This document shows, piece by piece, positions 1-13,500 of a stretch of 64,000 nucleotides of DNA. This DNA is from Tubiluchus corallicola (lineage: Eukaryota; Animalia; Priapulida): NCBI GenBank assembly GCA_030141605.1, contig JAQGDQ010000030.1:124001-188000 (forward strand), given 5' to 3'. The notes beneath the pieces were generated by a model. The model ran no database searches and was not told the DNA's origin. It saw nothing but the letters and a program-made list of their open reading frames with translations. How positions within the stretch are numbered: the first letter of the stretch is position 1; each line of letters begins with the position of its first letter. The position numbers were made by a program, and so were the translations under genes.

Positions 1-291
1 AACTTCCTGAGTTTTAGTACAACACACTGAATATCTTACAGCAGTACTGTACCTCAATTTTTGCTTTCACAAACACGTGCAACCTGCTCATGGAATGTTT
101 GTGCTGTTGAAAATTATGTTCGTTTGTGATGTCATCAATAGTTGGGTGCATCGCCGTTAATTAAGATTTTAATTTATTCTATTATTTAACCATCAGAAAA
201 GTTTTTCCGGTATTATTGGTGTTAAAATGTATACTTTTTACCGTACTTGAAAAGGAGGTAGGATATGAAAAAGTGTCGTGTCTTCCTTTAA
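1..291. mobile_element. Kolobok-like non-autonomous DNA transposon, partial copy running off the window start
   Basis: Similar to 20735-21179 (direct) and 6101-6520 (inverted). Ends ...TCTTCCT|TTAA, i.e. an AGG terminus beside TTAA as in Kolobok elements. Confidence 0.6.
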
Positions 292-2056
292 GTACATCAA
301 CAATTAAATGCAGGCAAACACTCGTTAAAGTAATTTGTCAAACACGGTAAAAATGTATTAACACGTTACTGAGGTAACCGCTGTCAAGGACCTGAAGGAG
401 GAGTCAAAGTGACTGGCAAGCAAGAGTCAAAGACACAAACCACCCAAATTCCAGAATGTTTAATTCACGCAAAATTGGCAAAGTTCGAAAATCCATTAAC
501 ACTACAGTAGCTCTTTGTTGCAAAAAAGACAATAACTCCTTGTGCAGCAATGCTAAATCCCATACCTGTTCCCCTAGGAAAATCCAGAACCACTCAGAAA
601 GATAAGTAGATAATTACACGCTTGATAAACATCTGTAACAGGCTGATTTTCTGCAATTTTGCAAACGTTTGCTGAAACACTGAGAATTTTGTCTGGGCAC
701 TTAAGTTCTGCTTTTATAACAAATAAGGGCAAATTAAGACTCGGCCACTGTTAAAGTTGATTCTCGCCACACAGCAAATGATGCACTTCAACTAATAAAG
801 AGACATATAGCATAAGAAAAGCTAATTATGGCATTGATGGAAAAATCATGGTGAAGAACAATGTATCCAGCAACACAACAGAAAACAGTTATAATGCTTG
901 AAGTTTTACATTACTTAATGGTGATCGTATTAATCAAAGATGATTTGCTACTTATTTGCAAATAACTAGTTTAAAACAGACCCAGATTATTTTAATACCA
1001 GATTATTTATTTAACTTATATTATTTTCCATAATCAGTTTCATTGCAGTCGTGTAAAAAATTCTAATATGGTACTATGATAGTCTTGAGCAAATTTGTAT
1101 TTATAAAAATTGTTTTAGTATAATGAATTTTATATTTTATAAAAACCAGTCAATTTTAGAGACAGATGAAGATGACCAATGACGAGATCAGAAGGTCCTG
1201 GAAAGTTTAACAAATTTGAAAATGCCTGATTTTACAAGTCAACTAAAGCTTAATTAATTTTCAAAGAAATTTGTGGGATCACTCCTTTAAAATCATCATC
1301 ATAAGTCAAGCACTGTCCTACTGATGCAAGCTAATTAGCATGGCATTTGAATTAGTGTGCTGATCCAATCTATTTCAAGCAATGCGCAACAACCAGCATA
1401 ATTACACAGCAACATGATGACGAGGAAAATAAATTTGATTGCAATTATGCAAGGCAGCATCACAAACTAGGTTAGGTCGTCAACCCATCATTAATTGCCA
1501 CTCGAGTTGACATTCTTACAACAACAACTACTCATTAATATAACAGCTACCGCTAAGATACACGCATGCAGGTCGACTTTTTTGTTCAATGCAAGCCTCT
1601 GTTAATGAAATCTATGTGAAGCAGCATGCTCAACTAATACAAATTCACTACACCTATTACATCATAGTAAAGCATAGACCAATAGGAAAAATCATTTTAG
1701 TGTTCTAGAATTAACCAATCAAAACATGCTTTGAGCTGTTATACCGCAGTTTAGAAGAACCCTAGCAGAACATCATGCAAGTCTTGTATCACTGTCATTA
1801 TAGTGTTATACAGCAATATTGTATCTTGCATTTTAGCCAATCAAAAGGTACGGGAATTTTTTCTAATATTGGGCAAAAATGCAGTCTATATGGACAACTG
1901 GTCTACCAAATTATTTTAATACAAATGATGCACAATACCTTTATTACACTGATATTTAACAAACAAAATCATTGTTCACAATGACAAGTTAGCAATATGT
2001 GAAAATATTGTTTGCAATAACACTGCAACTGCAATAACCCTAAGTGGGAAAGATAC

Positions 2057-3057
2057 ATGACCATAGATGGCTTTCTGTCCAGGGTTGACTTTCCTGAAAT
2101 TGCTAAAGAGCATGACAAACATTAATTTCTGACTGTCCACATCCAGGAGGCCTTGACAGCATCCCAACATTACTCACGCACTAATAGCCTTCGTTATTGA
2201 AGAGAAGCTCACCTTTCTAATAAAATATCAGCATTACCATGGTTACAAGACTGTCGCAAAATCCTGCACGAAATTGCCGCGGCCGTAATAATGACGAGTG
2301 TCACGGCAAATGATGATGAACGCATGCAGGAAAAAAGAGATAAGTGAAACATGGCTGCAAGAACTGAAGGTACCTGGAAATCTTTTTAGAGAGAATAGCT
2401 TTAAATAGCGGCTCAAATGGCTTCTCTGACAATCTACCTCCCTACCTGAAAATGACAGCCAGCTAAAGCTGTTTCCTATACATATGATACGTAACTAAGC
2501 TCCAGGAGATGCTTTTACTCTAAGTCTAAACCAAGCACCCATTCATACATGCTGCCTACTGCATATGTGGTAACACTTCGTCGACAGCATTTGACAACAT
2601 TTGAGATTGAGGTTTTAAAGCCAAGTTCACACTTGCACAAGTACTTACACAGTAGTTCACAAGCCAATTCGACATTTAGAAGCAGTGCATTTCAAGGCCT
2701 CCTATGTATGCCCTAATCAGTGGCCGACCCTGGAATTACCAATGCTTCTAAAGCTTTCAAAGAAGTGGAATCCCAAAGCTCCATTAGGGTTCAAAAACAT
2801 AAAAAGACGCTATCCTAAAAGTGCTCTGTATCTCTAAAAAGATGTTGGTGAGGAGTAACACAAACAGCACCTCCAGGCTACTGAAGACATCACCCCATAA
2901 GGAGAAAACAGACCTGTGTGTAGTCCGGTGACTATACAGTTGAGTCACATAGTAGTTACAATAAATATTTATACATGCAAACGTGTCAAACAAATCTTGT
3001 AATGTACACTACAAGCCTACAGTTTAGACTTACCCATCGTACAGATACTAATTCGTC
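2057..3057 (-). CDS. Candidate small-exon gene, core of 4 exons (3057-3034, 2445 or 2441-2374, 2216-2178, 2093-2057 or 2062); product unidentified
   Basis: Clustered ag/gt sites on the minus strand (tatag|24 nt|gtaagt; tttcag or gtag|...CCAG|gtacct; tattag|39 nt|gtgagt; tttcag|...). One join reads DELVSVRW-GGRLSEKPFEPLFKAILSKKISR-KVSFSSITKAISA-KVNPGQKAIY, but other phase combinations are also open. Confidence 0.3.
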
Positions 3058-3826
3058 CTATAGGTTACATCTTTTAGTTTTTTGTGAAAATGAGTTGTTA
3101 CAAAGTGCTGAATCAACTTGCTAACAGCACCTATAAAAATATGAAACATTATTCAATAATCTATATATTGTAAAATCTGAACATTACTACTACCAAAAAA
3201 AAAACATAGTGAGCATGCAAAGAAAAAAGATGTGCTACAAAAAAGTACATATGAACTACTATTAATAATTCATCATTGAAACAATAACTATACAAGCAAT
3301 TTTCCTGCTCTAATTTCTGAAACCGACATTAATTAATTTACGCAATTAACCTAGCAATTATTGCCTCCAGGTACACATTTGGTGCAACTCAAATATTATT
3401 AACTAATTTTTTCGGGGGATTCAAAGCAAGGAAAAAACAATTACATATTTTTGACCCAAAATACAGAAGCAGCAGTTCTGAAAGAAACAGTCTCTACTAA
3501 ACAATAAGAAGAAAATCAAAAACATCACAAGCACACACTCGTTAAAATTCACATTATGTTCTTGTTTCAAGAAACATGCAATTGCAATCTGCAGCCACTC
3601 AAGCTAATAAAATCTTCTACACACATTCCTGCAGAAATCAATTTCTTACTTCTAAGAAATGACGCTTATCAGCCAAACTGCACTCTAGGGCTAACCGAAC
3701 ATGTACAACACCAACACAAGCTCATGAATGCAAGTGACTGCACAGGCTTTGTCAATAACAGCTCGGTCAAATCTGCGCAATTATTGCATTTAGACAGCAA
3801 GTTGCAACGCTTCGGCGAGAAACTGG

Positions 3827-4296
3827 GATTATCTCCATAAGACTGTTGATGAAAAGCAATCAGTTAAGCTGCAAGAAATTAGCAGAAGCTACTTTAATCA
3901 GCTGCCTTCCAAAATGTTATCCAAGCATTGAACTTGTTACTGTGTAATGTGTATGCCTATCATGAACACGACAGTATGAAGTCTAATTTTTAAACTAAAA
4001 ATGATAGAACAACCTGAATTACATTTGTAAATCTCATTACAAGTAATCTAATCAAATTTTTCTGGAAATGAGATTATCTCCATAAGCCCGTTGTAGAAAA
4101 GCAATCTGTTAAATCTGCAAGTAATTTGCAGGAGTACTTTGATCAATATCGTCTAAACATTGTACTTGTGTTATTGCATACACCTGTATGGGTATGACAG
4201 TATGAAGTGTAATTTGAAAAACTAAAAATAATAATAACATCATGATTACACTTGTAAATATAATTAGAAGTAATCCAATCAAATGTTTTCTGGAAA
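3827..4296. repeat. Diverged tandem duplication, 2 units of ~245 bp
   Basis: GATTATCTCCATAAG at 3827 and 4072. GACAGTATGAAGT and AAGTAATCxAATCAAAT...TTCTGGAAA recur in the same order. Confidence 0.8.
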
Positions 4297-5399
4297 GTTA
4301 CCATACCGTACTGATACTCTGATGAAAGGCTAACTAAATAAAACCATTGTAATTGCAAATTTCAAATCTAAACAACTGTCCAGTTTGTTCTTAAAGTTAT
4401 TCATGACATCATTAACACCTTCTGGAGGAGTAAATTCCATTCTCTAAGTACTCTTTCTGTGAAAAAGTTCTTTCCGCAATGCAATCTGACTGTAGAATTG
4501 TAGATTTTCAGAGTGGTCTTACTATCATTTACTAGTGAAAACACGTTATGCCACGTTATAAGTTTGTATTAGAACACCACTATATCTCCTTAACTCCAAA
4601 GTTAACACCAAGTTGAGTAGACACTGCAAATCACCAAGAATTGACAAAAAATGACTTACAGAAGCACTGCGGGAATTGTAAAAGGTTACGTTGTAGAAGT
4701 GAATGATGGCACCACTAATCGAGGTTCGTTACTAAGTGCTACATTTTGAATTCATTCTTACACATGTTGTACGCACAATTAGCGGACTTTTTAACATCCC
4801 ACATGTTGGAACTTCGTTACCTATTCCAGGTGGTACTTGTGTTGTCAGCCAAACTATTCCATACTACAATGAAACTACCATTTAGGCATTTACCGCTGAT
4901 CTAAGACTAAAATCTTTAGCTACGGCATATAGTGCTTGTTAATTTTGAGACATGCTCTTTTGCACTAGTTTGAACTCAAGAAATATGAGGGATTTGATAA
5001 TGTTAATGAAATCATCCAAGATATACTACATATCTTTAAGGAAACCCAATGCAATGCACCATTAATCAGAACAAGACTGAAATAATTCAGATCCAAATCT
5101 GCAAGCGTAACACTGCAACTCTGTTTACACCTAGCTGTACCTAGTCAAGTGTGATTAACTCATGTTAATACTCACAGATTATTACAATCACTCCTAACTA
5201 GTGACCGACCAGTGCGCTCGGTGCTTGTGAGTAATTATCACTTGACCGTACATGGTCCAATGCAGTGGTGGTTTACCCATGTGTGACTGAGCAGCTTGCC
5301 CCAATTTTTACATTTCAACTCCTGTCTCAGATTTGCCTCCTAATTTGGGTCCTTAAACAACTCCAGTTTGAGCATAGCGCTGTTTATCACTTGACTATG

Positions 5400-6960
5400 T
5401 CTGGCCCATCCTAGTTTACTCATGTGCAATTAGATGTTTAACAATCCTCAAAACTATCCTGCAAATTTGATTCTGTATGCTAGTTTTGGAGTCATTTAAT
5501 GTTACCACTTGAAGGACAAAGGCTGTTTGCCATAATTTTCACATTTTCGTTCCTGTCTCAGACCTCTGCACACAACCCTAAGTTTTTTTATCTAAACCAC
5601 AGGCTGCACCCCTACTCGAGCTGTCTAATCTGCAAGTTTCATGACTGTAATTACTACAGCTTTAGAGGTATTCACTCTTATGCATTTTGGCTGCAAACAC
5701 AGGCCCTTAAAAAAACCTTAGCTTTTCAAAACGCCAGGTGTACATCTACCTCACAATTTCTAAATACTCATGAAAAAAAATTGAATTTCACTCCCAGCCC
5801 TAAGAAGAGAATGGCAGTCGAGAAACTGACCAATGTCCACTGTTTCTGACCCTAAACAAATTGAGAGACGTCACCATTTACCACATCGCTTTCAAGGCCC
5901 CATCCCAAGTGATTCCCCAGCGAGTTTCATGTGTCTAGCCAGTTAACAGCCAGAGGCCAGTTTTGGTCCCTTAAATAACCCCAGTTTTACCATTGTCAGA
6001 GACCCTACCTTGTCTTTGCTACAAGTTTCATGACTCTACTCACTATATTTTTTCAGTGCTATGCATTATGGCTCCTATCTCAGCCCTATAACACGGAAAC
6101 AAGGAAAACAAGATGTTTTTCTATATCCTGCCCCATTTTGAACTATTTTAAAAAGTATGCATTTTAACACTTACAATAATATCTGTTTCTGATAATTAAG
6201 CAATAGATTAAAAAACCTTAATTAATTAATGGCCAGTGACGACGTCATGATTGAACAATTTTCAAACAGCACAAACATTTATGAACGTGTTGCACAAGTT
6301 TGTGAAAATGAAAACTGAATTACAACGCTTGTGTATAACATTCAGAGTGTTGCAGAAAAACTCGGCAAATCTTAAACTTAGAAATTTAAATTTCAAGTTT
6401 ACCGCTGTGTTCACGCATGAGCTCTCAGCATGTACCACATCACAAATGAACACATCTGAACTGAGAAGTAGTACAGTGCCTGTCTGAGATGCAGGCACTA
6501 GTGGTCTAACTACTGAATGGCAAAATTCCTTTTAAATGCTAAGAATTAGCTAAGCACATGCGAAACTACGTGATAATTCTTTCATGTAAGTTATTCTTAA
6601 GCAAACAATGCACTTCCTAACCTCCCTTTTAATATTTTGTAAAGTACATTGCTTTGAGCCATTGTTTAAAATGGGTCCTGTTTTCCTTTAAAGAATCTCA
6701 ACTTTCTGAAACCCGAAGTACACATCTACCACACATTAACTAATACTTATGAAAAAAACTGAATTTGAGTTGAAAGGCACTAAAAATCTGATCAATGTTC
6801 AATGTTGTTGATCCCTCTGACCGAGGTTACCTTCGCTGTACCACTTTTAAAGACCGTACCCCCCCCCCCCAGGTAACCGCACCCATTAAGCTTCGTGACT
6901 CTATCCATATGATAGCGTTTGAGAACTAAGACGAACTAAAAAGTGGTATACTGGATGTCT
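5400..6960. repeat. Decayed interspersed repeat with internal units carrying AAGTTTCATGAC-like motifs, interrupted by the Kolobok-like copy
   Basis: Motif variants near 5635, 5922, 6023 and 6888. The block CATCTACC...AATACTxATGAAAAAAAxTGAATTT occurs near 5743 and 6723. The same motif occurs in the 28574 element. Confidence 0.5.
6101..6691. mobile_element. Kolobok-like MITE, near full length (~590 bp)
   Basis: Termini AAGGAAAACAAGA ... CCTGTTTTCCT|TTAA. The body is the reverse complement of 1-291 and 20735-21179. Confidence 0.65.
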
Positions 6961-7270
6961 AAGGGAGATGTTAGCACTTGCAGTTACAAAATATAGCTAT
7001 TGATTTCTACACTGGATTTCCAACTCTCAAAGAAACACAAAAGAATAATGACGAAGACACTGGAAGCAATTTTAAGAACTTTATGATTTTCTTCGAACCA
7101 GTTTCTTTGTGGTTTCCCTCTAAGAAGCTGTCACCGGTCGCTAGCAAACATGTCAAACTCTGGTGTATTAATGCTGTATAAAAACAACTGCAATTAAGTA
7201 GAAATGGTCAGCTTGCACACAAAAATTAAACGTGCACTTAGTTAAACAAAAACATTTGAGCTATCCGGTA

Positions 7271-8350
7271 CTCCCCCACACACATCAATATGTATTATTA
7301 TCATTATCTCATTTATTAATCCTTTTTTAAGATTTTTCAAGCTATGCTTTTAGGTTCAAACTGTATGTATCAAAAGCATTAAGTATTGTAACTTGCACAT
7401 GCATATGCTAGCTACTAAAGATCCTTTACTTGTATTACCTGGACTATGGCTAAGTTCTAATCTATAGCACCTAAGGACAAGAATCAGGGTTTTTATAAAA
7501 CTTCTTATTACAAATATATGCATATATGAAACTACTAAATGGGTAAACAAAATAATCTGCCAAAAGAAAACAAAATAAAAGACTAAAAACTGGTTACGTT
7601 TAACAGTATTTTGAAATATAATATATAAATAATATAAGTACATCTTTAAGAGTATGCTCTCACTGATGCTGTATATACTAAGATTTCAGAATTTCATGCT
7701 AAGCACCAGCCTTAGCTGAACGTCATTTCAATACTAATGGTGTTGCGAATTTAGCAAACTAAGTCTCGTAACGTGTCAAAACACAGATTAATTAAGATAA
7801 TTGAAAAGGTCAAAAGGTGAAGTATATCGAAGAAGGTGGGATGCCTGCATTAAAATTTTGACCCGTGCCACAGACCAAAGTTTAGAGGTCAGTCACCAAC
7901 AAAAAAATAGAGAGACTAAACAAAAACAATTACATGTAACTCTAGCACATTTATTCGCTTAACTCAAATGAAATGCTAATGTATCAGAATTTTTCTTGCT
8001 GAATTTTCATCACAGATAGCCTAAAATAAATCTTGAAATATATCAAGTAAGGAGGCAATCAATTTACCCATTAAACTGCAAGAGTTCAAGAGTTTATTCA
8101 TTTCCGCCCTGCATCTTACAATAATATCACTAAAATACAGACAATTATCCAGTAAAGTACACACAAATATGATATAGTCCAGGTAATACAAGTAAAGGAT
8201 CTTTAGTAGCTAGCATATGCATGTGCAAGTTACAATACTTAATACTTTTCATGCATACAGCTTGAACCTAAAAGAATAGCTTGAAAAATCTTAAAAAAGG
8301 ATTAATAAATGAGATAATGATAAATATACATATTGATGTGTGTGGGGGAG
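7271..8350. mobile_element. Tc1/mariner-type (Stowaway-like terminus) MITE with ~177-bp TIRs
   Basis: TA|CTCCCCCACACAC... and ...GTGTGTGGGGGAG|TA. Arms 7271-7447 and 8174-8350 are near-identical inverted copies. Confidence 0.85.
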
Positions 8351-8497
8351 TAGTGAATGAATGCAGCTATATGAAAACGAGCTGCTACAGTGTTCATTTA
8401 GACTGCACAAACACTAAACAACAGTGTACTAAACATTCCCTCGAATCAAATCTGCGATCTACAAGTAAGCTGCTAGCCATATCTTTCCGAGTTAATA

Positions 8498-9767
8498 CAG
8501 TCAATCTCGGGTATAAGGTACTGGTTTATAAAGGACCACCAACACCGGTCCCGATTTTTCGTAATGTTTTTCCTTATAAAAATCTTCGTATATAAGGTAC
8601 TCGGATATAAGGGACCATATCTTTAGGTCCCGCGTAATAGAATCCCAGGTAAATTACCTCACATATAAGAGACCCTATGATCAAATATTTTTTACATCCT
8701 AAAAAGACTATGTCGAGACCTTGCACGGGCCCGACCGTATTCCCTTGGACTACGGTCGGGTCTTGTGGCTGTAATGATGTGGGTAACTAGTTGGTGGTAA
8801 TGGTAATGCAAGTGGATGGTCATGATGGATGAAAGAAATAGGTCAGAGCACAAGGTGTGACTTACTACCATCGCAGCAAGTGACGATGCCGGGTTTATTG
8901 CATTGTAGTAACAGTAGTTACTGTTAATGATTCTCAGCTCCCTCTGATTTGATTAGCCAGTTCCAGCTTGTTCGATTATGACAAAAAATAAACAAATTAC
9001 TGTGTCCCCGAAATCAGTACAATTTAATATTATTTTCCATAGCCAACCATATAAAATCAATTTTGATGGTGTAATAAGTAACATCATTTCACTGTCCTGT
9101 TGTTACTCGTTGAGTAATGACTTTTTGGCAGTTATCGTGATCATAAGGATTCAACGACAAAATTAAGCACTCGTATTTGAAATATACATCTCAATTTACA
9201 ATTCCTCATCAAGCTCTTCAGTTGCTGAATGAATGCTCTCAAAAGTACATTTCTAGTAATGACTGAATCAGCATTGAGCATCAAAACTTGTAATGAGGCT
9301 ATATTATGGGCGGATAAGCTAGATGCCTTTCTCATTTGACAGCGGGTGTCTAGGTTAACCCAGAAAAAGATGTCGCACTTTTTTGGAAACAAATGAATAA
9401 CAAGCAATCTCGGAGTAAAGTTGCTGATTATGTCGAAGCAAAAATGTCCTAAAGACTCTGCTTAAACATTTACATAAACATTATTAGCATAACTACCAGT
9501 AGTAAAATGGCTTGTAATCGGGATGAGTTTGAATAAACATCGATTTTTGCATTCAGTTCAAGACGATTGGATGTGTTTGCATTAAATCGGTATATTACAC
9601 ACATTGCAACAAACGGTTCATTGGGCATTAGGCTACCAGATGAGGTATATAGAGCTCGCAGGTCTAGATACACCCTCTGTCTGACTTAACTTCGGCTATA
9701 AGGGACATCGGATATAAGGGATGATTTTTTCAGGTCCGGAGCTGTCCCTTATATCCGAGGTTCACTG
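8498..9767. mobile_element. pogo/Tigger-like non-autonomous element
   Basis: TA|CAGTCAATCTCGGGTATAAGG ... CCTTATATCCGAGGTTCACTG|TG, with repeated subterminal GATATAAGGGA-like motifs at both ends. Confidence 0.8.
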
Positions 9768-10585
9768 TGTATACAAGTACTTAATGGTAATAACTAATTA
9801 ACCTTTCTGGCTAAATTCCATGAACATTATATTTAGCCTAGGCTAGGAGCAATTTGTGAACATTTTTATAATGATAATAATTGTTTTTCATATTACTTTT
9901 GTAACCCACAAAAACATTTCAGGAAAAGCCACCTTACTTCAACCTATAATTTCTCAAGCGTACTTTAGTTAGAACTTGCACACGTCGCAGATTTTAATTT
10001 TGTTTAATTTATTCACATTCAAATTTACAGAAAGTGTACATACATAACACTACAACACTGTGTATTGCAATAAAAAGATTAAAAAATTTTGAGTGTTGGG
10101 AAGGCACAAAAAATTGCTTACAAGTGCCTTTTATATCTGAGAAGGTTGTTTTGTGCAAATGAATGAAATGATTGTAATTTATGGTTATACATGTTTACTA
10201 CTCAACCACAGAGGAATAAAAACACGAGTAGGTTGAGTTTTCCTTTCAAACCTCACATTAAGTCAGACATTATACTCGGTCTGCTGCTCAGGCTCAAAAC
10301 CAACTTTAGGTAAAGTGCAGGGAACAACGTAACATAATCTTTATAAATATTTTATCTTAACACTCTTGTTAATGAAACCTAAAAATCAGCTGTTCTCTTA
10401 CAATTTTATCCTTTGCAAAATGTCAAAATGATAGCTCTATGATCTCTTTATTACTAAAAGTGAAGAAAGTTTCATGACTGTCGGGGAGTCCACGTAAAAC
10501 CTTAAACATCTCAGTCAGTCTACCACGTCATCTACAACAGAATTAATGAGTCTAAGAAACTGCAGTTTTTCAGTATACATAATAA

Positions 10586-13500
10586 GGCAGTGACTAGAGG
10601 TACGGATCCGGATCCGGAACTGCAGCAACTAAAAATACGGATCCTGTCTCGAAAGCATTCACTAGAAAATACGCGAAAGATATGGACGAGAAATACGCAT
10701 CAGCGTACCGCGAAGTCTATCGACGAAAAAATAGTGATTGCCGTGAAAGACATTGACGAAAAATACGGATCCCTGTACCGTGAAAGATACTGCTGAAAAA
10801 ATACGGATCTCCGTACTACGAGAGATATTGACGAAAAAATACGGATTGCAATATTTTATTATAATATTGGTTTCAACGTCCAGGTTATAAAATTATTACA
10901 TGTACTGTTATAAAGAAATGTAATTTATAATAGTACATCCTCATTTATGCATCTTTAGAAAATAAAACTGAGTGAGATGATGACAAAACATATTGTGTAA
11001 TTGAAAGGAGCGAAAAACAGATTAGTTCAAGGAAAAGCAGGACCAAACTCTGTACTATGCATGAACGGGAAAGAGAATCATTCATTGTTTACCCATGCAA
11101 CTCTCTTATATATTGTAAATGAACTTTTTACCACCGTTGTAGTGAAGGATGTAGGTATCAACATCAACTTGAATTTATCTTAGCACTAATTAATACCAAC
11201 AATGAAAAGTAGCACAAAGAATTAAAACTGGTGACAATAATTTTATTGTTACAACTTTGAAATTTTTTAGAAGTCCCAATAAACTGAACATAGCAATTAC
11301 AAGATGTACACTAGACAATAAAGAGTAACATTACGTTATCATATGTACAATGACTTGATTGATTTATCACATGCTCAAATAATGTAATTATCACTATAGT
11401 TAACACCTTGAATGTTTTGACTAATAATAAACGTGATCGATACACGATTATATCATTTATTGCTTTTTGCATTTACATAACATAAAAATAATTTGATAAA
11501 TAAAATAATAAAATAACAAACGAATAGGGGACCTGGTTTACATGAAGAAGCTTTAAAATGTTTACAATGGCAAACAAAATAATAAATCAAGCAAGTAATA
11601 TTGGCACGTTATAATATTTGCAGCATAAATTATTTGGCAACAGGTGCATGTAACAGTTTAGCAGCTCTTATAAACTAGACATACTGTATATCACATAAAG
11701 ACTAAAAATTTTTGCTACATTTGGCAAGTCTATAAATTACATCACAAGGAAAAATACAGTTTAGTAGGTTATCACATTCACAACACTCTATAGAAAAAAT
11801 ATGGGCTAGTAGCTCATCATATTACAGCACTCTAAGAAATTCATAACACTCTAAGCTTGCTAATCAAAATACTTAAGTTTTTTGTAACAATAAACAAAAT
11901 AAATTAAACAAACTATTAATTGGTAGACTATACAACTCACAGCAATATATCAAAGCTAAAAATCTGCAAGACAATAAAAGAACACTAACTAATATTTACA
12001 GTTTATCTATTATAACTATTATTATATTAGAACTGCTATATTATATTAGTGTAACTAAGAAAAATGGTACCAAAGAAAAACAGTACGGCTACATGGCTGT
12101 GTATAGTGCCATATCACCATTTTCATGCAGTGGGCATGTACTTTGAAAGATCAATGTGTAGGTCTTCATTCATGAAGATGGCAGCCAAAGATTACAAAAC
12201 CAAGTTTTCTTTTTTGGTAGTTTGCTTAGAAAAACACATTTCAGGTGATACCATGATAAGCAGTGATTCACAAGCCTATTCTAGATCCTTACTACAACAG
12301 TTACAAACATATTGATGCATTTTTTTTCTTTGTTATCATTTGAATTACTTTCTTCCAGCCTGCTATAGCAAAGTATCTTCTAACCATGAAGTGTCAACAT
12401 TTTCATATAGAATTTGCTTAGGCATTCCTTCAACACATGATTCCAAATCAGTAACAGTTACCTTCCTGCACCCATTTAACACTTCATCAACACATGTAGC
12501 TTTCGGTAACCAATTCAGGATAATCTTCTCTTTGACACTTGTGTGCAAAAGCCTAAAAGCTTTTTTGCATGCAACCTGAGTTGGTGTCACACATTCTCTT
12601 GGTAACACAACGGTCGTAGTTCAAAGCCCTTAGGTCTACTTCTAATTTTAATGTTGTGAGACATCTTAATGTGCTTTAAAGGGACATGTGGCGAGAGTAA
12701 TTCAGATTCTACAGAATTTTTAACAGAATCACCAGCAGAACCATCAGTACATGGAGGTACAGCATCATTAGGTAGTACAAAAGAACCTTGAACAGGGTCA
12801 TCAGTAGCTGTAGTAGTAGATTGTGGTACAGTATCCTGCAATGCAAAATAACATTTGTCAAACATATCCGTTATGAAAACGTGTGCCAAATTATATCAAA
12901 CTATCCCTCTAAACTTAATAAAAAGTTTTCATTTTTGGTTGTTGTTCTTTACCTCATGCAAGCAATAACTTACCATTACAACAAGTGGCGCAAAAGAATC
13001 TCCAACAGAGCCATCTGTACATGGAGGCACGGCATCATTAGGTAGCTCAAAAGAACCTTGAACGCGGCCATTAGCAGCTGTATTAGAGTGGAGTAGATCC
13101 AGGGAGTCATATTCATCTGTTACAGTAACTGGCAGAACTGTTACATCGTTTCCTTTGCTCCAATAATCTGCTATTGATATTCATAGAGAAATACACCTAT
13201 CATAGCTTTGCCCGCACACTTCGGATGCTAATGATGCCAAGTCAGTGGTTATAAACTGCGCCTTGCAAAACTTCTGATGCTGTGTTTTTGGTTTTTTTTA
13301 TTTTAGAAGCATATGTGAGCAGGAGGCCACCCGAGGTAGATGAATCCAAAAAAAATCACTGTGTTTGCCTGGAGTAAGCTGCTATCCATCCCTTATCACA
13401 CAAATCTGGATTAAACTTTGAAAGGTGCAAATGCTGTCGAAGTGCAAAAATATGTCAGCAAGGCAATCTCATTGGCAGTGGAAAACGCACTCACAGCTAG

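Noticed and set aside
618-632. 15-nt micro-exon candidate on the minus strand
   Set aside because: It would leave only a 44-nt intron to the next candidate; probably chance.
1185-1300. Possible box C/D snoRNA on the minus strand (ATGATGA...CTGA)
   Set aside because: No terminal stem and no rRNA guide I could confirm; other introns lack C/D boxes.
9141-9407. ORF faintly like a hAT dimerisation domain (SSLSAHNIASLQVL)
   Set aside because: Lacks the SERxFS core; similarity too weak.
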